Part shown: positions 29,904-39,600 of the stretch, in pieces
Position numbering within the stretch: position 1 is the first letter of the stretch
How the letters are laid out: every line of letters begins with the position of its first letter
Assembly: GCA_037441845.1 (NCBI GenBank)
Contig: JBBIRK010000003.1
Coordinates: forward strand, 192,001 to 256,000
Direction: 5' to 3'
Source of the DNA: Candidatus Zixiibacteriota bacterium
Lineage (GTDB): Bacteria; Zixibacteria; MSB-5A5; UBA10806; 4484-95
DNA: 64,000 nucleotides
Translations under genes and position numbers: made by a program
Notes under the pieces: generated by a model
Told to the model about the DNA's origin: nothing
The model's database searches: none
What the model saw: only the letters and a program-made list of their open reading frames with translations

Positions 29904-30314
29904 ATGATTATTCAAAAACAGGTGATCGAAAAATCGGGAATCCCGTTGCTGAAACGGCTGCTTCATGTTGTCGCCGGTTCCCAGAAAGTCACGGCCGATA
30001 ATATCGCCCACGTTTCCACACCCGGGTATAAGAGCAAATCGATTGATTTTCATAAAGAAATGGCCGCGGCGCTGAAAAAAGAAAAAGTCAGTCTGCAGAC
30101 GACCGATCCCAAGCATATACCATCGCCGGAAAAACCCCACGGTATCAAGACGATTATCAACGAAGACGAAAACAACCAATCCGGCGTGAATAACGTCGAT
30201 ATCGACAAAGAGATGGCCACTCTGGCCGAAAACCAGATACTTTTCGCCTATGGAGCGAAGGCTGCCATGCAGAAATTCACTATATTGAGAAATGTTATCA
30301 GAGGCAGGAGCTGA
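29904..30314 (+). CDS. flgB: Basal body rod protein FlgB
   Basis: ADNIAHVSTPGYK, NNVDIDKEM; start downstream of the sigma54 promoter. Confidence 0.93.
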   Translation: MIIQKQVIEKSGIPLLKRLLHVVAGSQKVTADNIAHVSTPGYKSKSIDFHKEMAAALKKEKVSLQTTDPKHIPSPEKPHGIKTIINEDENNQSGVNNVDIDKEMATLAENQILFAYGAKAAMQKFTILRNVIRGRS

Positions 30315-30316
30315 AG

Positions 30317-30811
30317 ATGACCAAGATATTTTCCACGATTGAAATCGGGGCCTCGGGACTTTCGGCTCAGCGCACCAGATTGAATGCGATTTCCCAAAAT
30401 ATCGCCAATGTAGAGACAACCAAGACTCCCGAGGGGACCCCTTACAAGAGACGCCAGGTGGTGTTTCGCGCCGATGAGGAAAACAAGCGGTTCATCGATA
30501 TTCTCGACAACTCCGTCACCAGCCTCACGAAAACCAATCCCAGGCACATTGCGAACGCCGAAACATCTGCCAGTCGCAAAGGCGAGCTCGAGCTGGTGAA
30601 GGCGTCTGAAGAGGTGATCGAGCCGGTGGCATTCAAAATGATCTACGATCCTACTCATCCGGACGCCGACGAAAACGGTTACGTTGAGATGCCGGATATC
30701 GACCTGATCGCCGAAATGGTCGATATGATGACCGCAACTCGCGCTTATGAAGCTGACGTGGCCGTTGTCCAATCGGCCAAAGATATGGCAATGCAGGCTC
30801 TCGATATTTAA
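30317..30811 (+). CDS. flgC: Basal body rod protein FlgC
   Basis: ASGLSAQRTRLNAISQNIAN, YDPTHPDAD, ATRAYEA. Confidence 0.96.
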   Translation: MTKIFSTIEIGASGLSAQRTRLNAISQNIANVETTKTPEGTPYKRRQVVFRADEENKRFIDILDNSVTSLTKTNPRHIANAETSASRKGELELVKASEEVIEPVAFKMIYDPTHPDADENGYVEMPDIDLIAEMVDMMTATRAYEADVAVVQSAKDMAMQALDI

Positions 30812-30831
30812 CCAAGTAGGGGAGTTCAACC

Positions 30832-31107
30832 ATGAAGATAGAATCATCTCCGATTTATAATCGAAACGGCTTGATTCCGGTTCGCCAGTCCGGCGGCGAC
30901 CAGCCGGGGATTGCGGCCGCGAAAAAGAGCACGGGCCGGCCGACAGAAACCCCCAAGAGCGAGAGTTTTCAGGCGCTTCTTTCGGAAGCTGAGGCTGATC
31001 AGCTGATGCAGTTGTTCGGCAAATTCGATATTGCCGCTCTAACCGAAACCGCCGCGAATTCGCGCAGCGAAACTCGTCCTGGTCGCTTGATTGACATAAC
31101 GGTATAA
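30832..31107 (+). CDS. Small hypothetical flagellar-operon protein
   Basis: SD GGGGAG; fills the flgC-fliE gap; ends GRLIDITV. Confidence 0.7.
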   Translation: MKIESSPIYNRNGLIPVRQSGGDQPGIAAAKKSTGRPTETPKSESFQALLSEAEADQLMQLFGKFDIAALTETAANSRSETRPGRLIDITV

Positions 31108-31111
31108 TCCG

Positions 31112-31423
31112 ATGACGAAAATTCTCCCCGGATATTATCGCCAGGTAGCTCCCGATCTGTCCGCCCTGGCGGGCGCCGCACCGAAAGCGGTCGAAAAGGA
31201 AAATCTCAGTTTCCCGCAGATTTTCAAGGAGATGATCGGCAACACGAACGAGCTTCAAAGCAAAGCCCAGCTATTGGCCGAAAAATTCGTCATGGGTGAA
31301 GTCAGTGACATTCATGAAGTGATGGTGGCCGCCGAAGAAGCGGGAATAGCGCTCGAGCTGGTGATGGAGATACGCAATAAATTGGTCGAGGCTTATCAGG
31401 AATTGATGCGTTTACAGGTGTAA
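31112..31423 (+). CDS. fliE: Hook-basal body protein FliE
   Basis: DIHEVMVA..EIRNKLVEAYQELMRLQV. Confidence 0.96.
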   Translation: MTKILPGYYRQVAPDLSALAGAAPKAVEKENLSFPQIFKEMIGNTNELQSKAQLLAEKFVMGEVSDIHEVMVAAEEAGIALELVMEIRNKLVEAYQELMRLQV

Positions 31424-31426
31424 CGA

Positions 31427-32968
31427 ATGGCCGGCGAATTCATTAACGGATATAAAGACTCGGCGCTGCGCTGGTGGAATTCCCTTAATTCCGGCAAGAA
31501 AACATCTTTCGTGGCGCTGACGGTTATTACCGTCATCCTGATGATCGTGCTGTTCAGTCAGATAACCAAAGCCACATATCAGGTGTTGTACAGAGGACTC
31601 GATCCTCAAGAAGCCGGGCAGATCGTCGATCAACTGCGCGAATTGAAGGTGCCCTACCGGGTCTCCGACGGCGGAACGGCCGTATTGGTCCCCGGCAATA
31701 AACTGAATGAAACCAGACTCAATCTCGCCGCCCAGGGTTATCCCAAAAGCGGTATTGTTGGCTATGAAGTGTTCGACAAAACCAATCTCGGAATGACCGA
31801 TTTTCTGCAAAAGGTCAATTACCGGCGGGCGCTCGAGGGCGAATTGACCAAGACCATTTCCAGCCTTAAGGAAGTCAAAGGGGCCAGAGTTCATCTGGTG
31901 ATTCCCGAACAAAGGTTGTTTCAAGAAGACCAAAAACAACCGAGCGCTTCGATCGTGCTTTATCTCGATCGCAATATGCCTTTGAGCAAAAGGCAGATCG
32001 AGGGAATCGCCTACCTGGTCGCCTCGTCGGTCGAGGGGCTTTCGCCGGATAACGTATCGATTCTCGATTCTTCGGGCAGGCTGTTGACGGCTCGGCAGGA
32101 GTCGGATCAGCTCGCGAAATTGTCATCAAGCCAGCTCGAAATGAAAAAGAACGTCGAAAGTTACCTGCAGGAAAAGGCTCAATCGATGCTCGATGCCGTG
32201 GTCGGGCAAAATCGGTCGATCGTTCGGGTCAGCGTCGACTTGAATTTCGAGCAGGTCGAGAGAACTCAGGAATCTTACAACCCGGACAGCGTGGTCATAA
32301 GGTCGGAAGAAACCACCGAAGAATCCGAATCGCAGAGCGATGCCGCCGATACCAACAGGAAAAAAGACTCGTCCGGGTCGAAAAAAACCACTGTAAGGAA
32401 TTACGAGGTCAATAAACGAATTGAGCATCTGGTAGCCGAGGTCGGGAATATATCGCAGATGCGCGTTTCGATCTCGGTCGACGGGTCGTATGTCATGATC
32501 AAAGGACCGGATGGAAAAATGCAGCGCCAGTATCAACCCCGTCCTCAGGAAGAACTGGATAAGCTGGTGGCGTTGGTCAGAGGAGCGGTCGGTTTTTCGG
32601 AACGCCGCAACGATATAATAGAAATCGCGAATATCCCGTTCGAAACTTATCAGGACGACTGGAAAGAACAGCAACGTTACGAAAAAGAAGAAACGATGCA
32701 ATTCTGGCTGCGCAACGCTTACCGCATTCTGGGTTTCGTGCTCGCCGTTCTGATTTTGTTCAAAATGAGGAAAATTTTCAAACGCTGGAACGACCGACGG
32801 CTGGCCCACAGAAGATTTCTCGAGGCTCAAGCCGAAATCAAACGTAAGGCGGCGGAAATCATTCCTAAAGTTTCGCAGGAACCCAAGCTTATCGATCATA
32901 TAAGAAAAATCGCCGACGACAATCCCGGCGAAATGGCCAAAGTCATTAAGACCATGATGGCGGAATAA
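31427..32968 (+). CDS. fliF: MS-ring protein FliF
   Basis: Two TM segments, GYEVFD, RALEGEL, ARVHLV, ASSVEGL. Confidence 0.96.
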   Translation: MAGEFINGYKDSALRWWNSLNSGKKTSFVALTVITVILMIVLFSQITKATYQVLYRGLDPQEAGQIVDQLRELKVPYRVSDGGTAVLVPGNKLNETRLNLAAQGYPKSGIVGYEVFDKTNLGMTDFLQKVNYRRALEGELTKTISSLKEVKGARVHLVIPEQRLFQEDQKQPSASIVLYLDRNMPLSKRQIEGIAYLVASSVEGLSPDNVSILDSSGRLLTARQESDQLAKLSSSQLEMKKNVESYLQEKAQSMLDAVVGQNRSIVRVSVDLNFEQVERTQESYNPDSVVIRSEETTEESESQSDAADTNRKKDSSGSKKTTVRNYEVNKRIEHLVAEVGNISQMRVSISVDGSYVMIKGPDGKMQRQYQPRPQEELDKLVALVRGAVGFSERRNDIIEIANIPFETYQDDWKEQQRYEKEETMQFWLRNAYRILGFVLAVLILFKMRKIFKRWNDRRLAHRRFLEAQAEIKRKAAEIIPKVSQEPKLIDHIRKIADDNPGEMAKVIKTMMAE

Positions 32969-32969
32969 G

Positions 32970-33992
32970 ATGGCAAACGAACCAGCGGTTTCGGAATTAA
33001 ACGGCGCGCAGAAAGCAGCCGTGCTCGTGGTCGGTCTCGGAACCGAGATCTCCGCCAAAGTGATGAAAGAACTCAATGAAGCGGAAATCGAAAGATTGAC
33101 CATTGAAGTGGCCAATCTGCGCGACATACCACCCAAACTTGAAGAGCAAGTCGTCAAGGAAGTTTCACAGCTGATTATGGCTCAGGAGTATATCAATCAG
33201 GGTGGTGTCGAATACGCCAAAAATCTTCTCGAAAATGCCCTCGGCAAATCGAAAGCGCTGGAGATTTTGAAAAGGCTCGAAGGTTCGTTGAAAACCTCCG
33301 GATTCGCTAAAATAAAAAATATAGATCCCAAACAGCTGACCAATTTTATCCAAAACGAACATCCGCAGACCATTTCGCTGATTTTGACTCAGCTTTCTCA
33401 TCAGCAAGCGGCCCAGGTGCTTTCCGATCTTTCGCCTGAACTTCAGGCCGAGGTCGCTTATCGCATGGCCACCATGGAAAAAATCGCACCCGAAATAATC
33501 AGCGAGCTCGAAGGCCTGCTTGAGGGACAATTCGAGATGATCGGCACCAAAGATTTATCGATTTCGGGCGGCACGAAGATGGTGGCTGAAATTCTCAACT
33601 TGATGGAGTCATCGACGGAGAAAGCGATTCTCGAATCGATCGAGGGAGAGAAACCCGAGCTGGCGGCGGAGATAAAAAACTTGATGTTCGTATTCGAGGA
33701 TGTCGTTTTGCTCGACGACCGCTCGATCCAGAGAGTGCTGAAAGATATAGAAACCAAAGACGTGGCGATTGCATTGAAAGCCGCCAGCGAGGAAGTCAAG
33801 ACCAAGATATACGCCAATGTTTCCGAGCGCGTTGCCGACATGATTCGCGAAGAAATCGAGTTCATGGGGCCGATGCGCCTTTCGGACGTCGAGGCGGCCC
33901 AGCAGCGGATCGTAGAAACCATAAGGCGTTTGCAGGACGAAGGCCAGATAATTATCGCCGGCCGCGGCGGCAAAGAGGAATTAGTTGTTTAA
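32970..33992 (+). CDS. fliG: Motor switch protein FliG
   Basis: GGVEYA, EHPQTI, MFVFED, VEAAQQRI. Confidence 0.97.
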   Translation: MANEPAVSELNGAQKAAVLVVGLGTEISAKVMKELNEAEIERLTIEVANLRDIPPKLEEQVVKEVSQLIMAQEYINQGGVEYAKNLLENALGKSKALEILKRLEGSLKTSGFAKIKNIDPKQLTNFIQNEHPQTISLILTQLSHQQAAQVLSDLSPELQAEVAYRMATMEKIAPEIISELEGLLEGQFEMIGTKDLSISGGTKMVAEILNLMESSTEKAILESIEGEKPELAAEIKNLMFVFEDVVLLDDRSIQRVLKDIETKDVAIALKAASEEVKTKIYANVSERVADMIREEIEFMGPMRLSDVEAAQQRIVETIRRLQDEGQIIIAGRGGKEELVV

Positions 33993-34779
33993 GAAAATAC
34001 TCAGAGATTATCGCTATATCTCGCGGGATTCCCCATTGTCCGAATCGAGAAAAACGGTTATCAGAGGAGAATCATTCCCCGTACCGGAACTGCCTGATTT
34101 CAGGAATCAAACCGGTATCCGCCGCACCGATTCAGGCCGGAGAAGTCCCGGCCGACCGGTCAAAGAAAAATTCAGCGGCCCCAAATCGGCGGAGATTGAC
34201 GCCAAGCCACCTCGGGATAAGCAACCGGCGGCCGATGATCGTATCTCGTTATCATCGCAAGAACTCGCCGAGCGAATTCGGATGGCGCAGGATGAAGCAT
34301 ATAACAAAGGCATACAGGCAGGCATTGCAGCAGGGCGCGCCGAATGGGAACCGACCGCCAAACAACTCAGCGCCGCATTCGAATCCGCTATCCGTCAGTG
34401 TCAAGAACGCCATCAGGCGCTGGCAGAGGAATTCGAAAAATCGCTTTACGAACTTTCCATGAATATCGCCCGGAAGGTTATCGGAGATGCTGCGGTGCGA
34501 TCCTCGGATGCGGCGGCTTTCAACGTGAAAAATTGCCTGTCCATGATGGGCGGTTCCGGCGAGGTGACAATCAAATTAAGCCCGTCGGATATCGAAAGTA
34601 TCAGAGCATCGTTGCCGGATTTCGAAAAAATGAACGACGGCCGCTTCAGAATAAATCTTATCTCGGATGAAAGCATAACCCCGGGCGGCTGCTTCGTCGA
34701 ACTCGACGGATCGATAATCGACGCGCGAATTGACAGCCAACTCGATAATATCAAGAAGCACCTTAGCGTTTTATCATGA
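33985..34779 (+). CDS. fliH: Export protein FliH
   Basis: AxxxGxxxG repeat, C-terminal ITPGGCFVE..IDARID; between fliG and fliI; TTG start. Confidence 0.85.
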   Translation: MFKKILRDYRYISRDSPLSESRKTVIRGESFPVPELPDFRNQTGIRRTDSGRRSPGRPVKEKFSGPKSAEIDAKPPRDKQPAADDRISLSSQELAERIRMAQDEAYNKGIQAGIAAGRAEWEPTAKQLSAAFESAIRQCQERHQALAEEFEKSLYELSMNIARKVIGDAAVRSSDAAAFNVKNCLSMMGGSGEVTIKLSPSDIESIRASLPDFEKMNDGRFRINLISDESITPGGCFVELDGSIIDARIDSQLDNIKKHLSVLS

Positions 34780-36104
34780 CCCCGACACTTGCGGAAAAAA
34801 CGAAAAAGGCCGAACTGGCTGTCGAAAAAGCGCAAGCCGTGGTTCAACACGGCATGGTGACCAAGGTCACCGGTATCGTCATCGAGGCAACCGGACCTGC
34901 CCTTCGTATCGGCGATCAAGTGACGATCAACTCGTCGCTGGGGGAAAAAGCCGGCGAGGTCGTCGGATTCAGTCATGGGCGGATATTCATAATGCCGCTC
35001 GGCGATATGGCGGGAATCGGCCCCGGAGCCAAAGTAATCGCTGCAGGCCGACGGCTGTCCGTCAGGGTCGGACCGGAATTGCTGGGAAGAGTCGTGGATG
35101 GCCTCGGCAAGACGATCGATGGATTGCCTGAGCCGGATTGCCGTGATATCAGAACACTGGACAATGATTCGCCTCCGCCGCTGAAAAGAAAAAGAATCAC
35201 ACAGCCTTTCGAAACCGGTATCCGGGCCATCGATGGTTTCCTGCTGTGTGGTTTGGGGCAAAGGGTGGCCATTCTATCCGGATCAGGTGTGGGCAAGAGC
35301 GTGCTGCTTGGAATGATCGCCCGATCGTCGGCTGCCGATGTGAACGTTATCGGGTTGATAGGCGAGAGGGGACGTGAAGTACGCGAATTCATGGAAAGGG
35401 ACCTCGGTCCCGAGGGACTGGCGAAATCGATCGTAGTCGTCGTAACTTCGGACAATGCGCCGCTTCTCCGAATCAAGGGAGTGATCCTGGCCACTGCGAT
35501 CGCCGAATATTTCCGCGATCAGGGGAAAAACGTCGCCCTTATGGTGGACTCGCTCACTAGAGTGGCGATGGGTCAGCGCGAAATCGGATTGTCTATCGGA
35601 GAGCCGCCAACGACCAGAGGATATGTGCCGTCGGTTTTCGCCTTGCTGCCCAAGATTCTCGAGCGGGCAGGGCAATCGGAAAAGGGAAGCATTACCGCTT
35701 TTTACACGGTGCTGGTCGAGGGTGACGATTTTTCGGAGCCGATAAGCGACGCGGTGAAGGCGATCGTCGACGGTCATATCGTGCTGTCGCGTCAGCTCGC
35801 CTCCAAATATCATTATCCAGCGATCGACGTTCTCGAATCGATCAGCCGCTTGATGCCAGATATAGCCGCCAAAGACCATCTGGAGCTTGCGGGCCGTTGT
35901 CGGGAAATTTTGGCCGATTATCGCGATGCAGAGGATTTGATCAATATCGGTGCTTATGTGAAGGGGTCGTCCCCGAAAATAGATTACGCTATCGAAAGAA
36001 TCGAACCGCTGAGGAGTTTTCTGAAGCAGAAAATCGATGAAAAAAGCTCTCTGGATAAAACTCTCGGCTGGCTCGGTGAGATTCAAGCGGGAGTCCAAAA
36101 ATGA
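34776..36104 (+). CDS. fliI: Export ATPase FliI
   Basis: GSGVGKS, IGERGREV, DSLTR, DGHIVLSR. Confidence 0.97.
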   Translation: MTPTLAEKTKKAELAVEKAQAVVQHGMVTKVTGIVIEATGPALRIGDQVTINSSLGEKAGEVVGFSHGRIFIMPLGDMAGIGPGAKVIAAGRRLSVRVGPELLGRVVDGLGKTIDGLPEPDCRDIRTLDNDSPPPLKRKRITQPFETGIRAIDGFLLCGLGQRVAILSGSGVGKSVLLGMIARSSAADVNVIGLIGERGREVREFMERDLGPEGLAKSIVVVVTSDNAPLLRIKGVILATAIAEYFRDQGKNVALMVDSLTRVAMGQREIGLSIGEPPTTRGYVPSVFALLPKILERAGQSEKGSITAFYTVLVEGDDFSEPISDAVKAIVDGHIVLSRQLASKYHYPAIDVLESISRLMPDIAAKDHLELAGRCREILADYRDAEDLINIGAYVKGSSPKIDYAIERIEPLRSFLKQKIDEKSSLDKTLGWLGEIQAGVQK

Positions 36105-36550
36105 CCAAAAAGTTCAAATTTCGACTGGAACGCATAAGGCGATTCAAAGAACAGGAAGAAGAGGATAAGAAACGCAAGCTGGCGATCGAAAAGACGCGAC
36201 TGGCCCTCGAAAAAAAAACGCTCAACGATATCCTCGATCTGAGAAAGCGCTGCTTGATGAAATTCGGCGTGAAAAAAACCGGTCGGGTGAACTTGACGGA
36301 ATTGATACTTTCAAAAAGATACATCGATAAACTGTCCTCCGATATCGTTATTCAATCCAAACGGGTCGATGGCGCCGAGCGGCTCGTCGCCGACGCTCAA
36401 AAAGCCCTGCTGGAGGCCTCCCGCGAGAAAAAGAAATACGATAAACTCAAGGAAAAGCAACTGGCCAAACACAAGGTGGAAACCGCCCGCATTCTGACGA
36501 AAGAGCTTGATCAGTTCGGCTCGAGGTCGTCGACCCCAAAATCGCTTTAG
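36101..36550 (+). CDS. fliJ: Export protein FliJ
   Basis: KKFKFRLE N-terminus, coiled coil, KELD tail; after fliI. Confidence 0.88.
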   Translation: MTKKFKFRLERIRRFKEQEEEDKKRKLAIEKTRLALEKKTLNDILDLRKRCLMKFGVKKTGRVNLTELILSKRYIDKLSSDIVIQSKRVDGAERLVADAQKALLEASREKKKYDKLKEKQLAKHKVETARILTKELDQFGSRSSTPKSL

Positions 36551-36565
36551 CAAGTCGGGCATCTT

Positions 36566-36607
36566 AAATAAAAAAGCCCCCTCCCCTGATTCTGGGGAGA
36601 GGGCTTT
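36566..36607 (-). terminator. Intrinsic terminator of the giant antisense gene (possibly weakly bidirectional)
   Basis: AAAGCCCCCTCCCC-N7-GGGGAGAGGGCTTT; the + strand C/A mismatch is G-U on the minus strand, which also has the long U tract. Confidence 0.8.
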
Positions 36608-36625
36608 GCGGCTTTTCAGAAAAGC

Positions 36626-39600
36626 CTATTCAGCGGTTTTGGTCTCGCGGATGACCGATTTATTCTCATCGCGCGGAACCATGTTGATCCCCTGCTGAAT
36701 GTGAATCGGTGACGGAGCCAGCAGGATCGGAGGCGGGAAGAAGTGGCAGTAGTTCAGGGAAGCATTCCCCTTGAAGAACGCCACCAATCTCGTGATATCC
36801 GAACCTCTGAACTCGCAGTTGCCGTTCACGTCGCCGGCCACATAGAGGTAAGTGCCGGTCGAATCCATGTAGCATGAATCCGGAGGCACGGCTCCCACGC
36901 CCTTGAAGTAGCGGACACCGAAGGTAACGTCGCCGCCAATGCGGTTGCCGTCGCCGTTGATGTCGCCGAGGACGTAGTCGCATTCACCACCGCCGCCGGT
37001 GACTGTGAACGAGACGTTGACCGTCGTTACGGGTTCATCCGGATCGTTGGAGGTGATCAAAATAGCACCCGTGTAAGTGCCGGCGGAAAGCGCCGAGGCA
37101 TCCATGAACGCATGGAATGTCAGTGGCGGATCGTTCGGCGCCAGCACGCCCGAGGTCAGGTCGGTCGTGAGCCACTGCGGAGGCCTGTTGAACAAGATAG
37201 CCATGCTGTTGTGCAGATAGGCCTGGTTATAAGCAACCTGCAAGCCGATCGTGCCGGTCTCGTTTTCGATACCGATCGAATAGCTCATCAAGCTGAACAG
37301 CCCGCCGCCGTACTGCATCTTGATCGACCCGTCGGCGTTCAAGATCACCTGGAAGTCGATCTTGTTGGTGGTGTCGGCGTAATGCGGCCAGGTAACCCAG
37401 GAAACGATGAAGCGGTTGTTGGCCGAGTCGAAGTAGTAATAGCAATCGCCGTCGTTTCTGGCGTCCATGTCATCCCAGTAAACTGGAACGATCGCATTCG
37501 GCAACGCCGTCGCCGGTATTGAGGTGTTCGACAGATAGGAGCTGGTCTGGCTGACGAACGAGATCCAGCCGTTGGTGCTGACCATCACGCTGTCGTACGG
37601 TATACCGTAATAGTTGAAGGTCATGCCCATTGCGAACAGGTTCGTCCATCCGTCGTCGAGTGTTCCATTGGTGAACGTCACCGGCGTGCCGATCGTCGAG
37701 ATATCGACCCAGGAATAGGCAGGGCCGCCCGGCTCGTCCGAATCTTTCCAGCGATAACCGAACGCATCAGGTCCGCCCTGAGCGTTGATCACCGGCGGGT
37801 AGACCGGTTCGGTAGCTCCGGTTTTCGGATCGACTTGCGAGCCGATCGGCGAGGTATTCAAAGCGATCGGTATATCACCGTGAATCGGCCGTGGGCTATA
37901 TTGAACCACCGATGCGGTATAGAGCAGACCACAGTCGCCGACGTTGTCGAGTGTGGTGGCAGCCGTGTCGGCTCCACCGACGTCCGCGCTGCCGCTCAAC
38001 GAGGTCGAAGCCACGGCGATATCGGCAGCCGCGCTGGTGTCGCCCTGAATGTAGGCGTGAATCATGTTGTCGCCATTGATCGTGCTGAACGTGTCCGGCT
38101 GCCATACCCCGTCAAGGCGCATCCACTTGGCGGCCGGATAATCCTCGGTGGCGTCGATGCAGATACCTTCTTTATGGAAAGTATCGACATACGTCCAGCC
38201 AGCCCAGAATATCTGGCAATCCACATGTATCGTCGTATCGCAGGCGACGTTCCAGACGAGATCACCGCGATCCGGAGTTCTCAGCCGCTTGGTGTAAACG
38301 GCGGGTTCGTCCGGCAACCCGTTGATATCGGTGTCGAGATAGATCGAAACTATCACCGTGTCGCGGTTGGCATCCGGCCAGGTTGGATAGTTATCGAGAT
38401 TGGTCATCTTGTAAGTGATCGCCGATATCGTTGCGTTTCCGTACGGAACGTTGAACGCGTTGGCGATGATATTGTCGGGATTCGTAAGTCTCCAGGCGTT
38501 GTTCACGACCCCGTCATCGTAGCTGATAAAGTAGTTCGATGCCGGCAGAGATACAAACGTAGTCCGCAACGTGTCGTTGTTCGGATCGACATCGGTGCCC
38601 AGCTGAGTTGCGATCGTGAGAACATAACTGCTGCAAGCATAACCGATCGTCCATCCCGGGAACGTATCCACGACCGTGGCGCCCGGAGGCAACGCGGTTA
38701 TCGTCTGGATGTTCGAATAGCCCCGATTGTCGCTCGCCCAAACGTTGAACGTTTCGGTGTTGATACCTTCGTTCTTGAAAGTGGCGATTATATCCAGAGT
38801 TTGTCCCTGAACGATCGTCGTCGGCGCATCCAAAGACACCACTCTAACGTCATGTGACGGCATATAAGGATAGAACTTGATCGCCAAACCTTCATACGGC
38901 AGGTTCAACTGCGGCTCACCGTCTGTATAGTAACCCAAGCCGATAGTCCTGGTCGAATCCTGAATGCCGATGGTTATATCGGTCTGCCTCGGGCCGGTCG
39001 CCGGTCCATACTGCATGACGATCGAACTGTCGTCGGCATCGAAAATTACCTGGAAATCGCCCGGGTTGTAAGGCGAGGAGTAGTATGACCAATCGTAGTA
39101 AGAAACGATGAAGCGGTTGTTGGCTGCGTCGTATTTGTAATAGACATAGCCGGTGTCCGCCGTGGTTTCTCCATCGAGGTCATCCCAGTTCAAGAACACA
39201 CCTTCCGTCGGTCCCGAAGAGGACGGCGGCAGGTAGTTGCCAAGGTAATTGCTCGTCTGAGCTGTGAACGACAACCAGCCATTGGTCGCGATCACGATCG
39301 AGTCTTCCATGGATCCATAGAAATAGAATCCACTGGGGAAGCCCATATAGATCGGATTGGTGCGGCCGTCGTCGGTAGTGCCGTTCGGCCAAGTGACGAT
39401 GCGGGTCCATCCGCCGCCGGTCGTGTCGATCCATGAGTAAGTGGGTCCGCCGATAACCGTGTTATCGATCCAGCGGTAATGCCCGGCATCGGGGCCGCCC
39501 GTGCCGTAGTGCGAATCGACGGTGAAGGAAGAACCCCTGCTGTTATTGGTCAGGATAGAGTCGGTAATGATGGCGACCCAAGCTGAGCAAGTGTATGCGC

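Noticed and set aside
30248..33157. 336-aa and 343-aa minus-strand ORFs
   Set aside because: Overlap conserved flg/fli genes on the opposite strand
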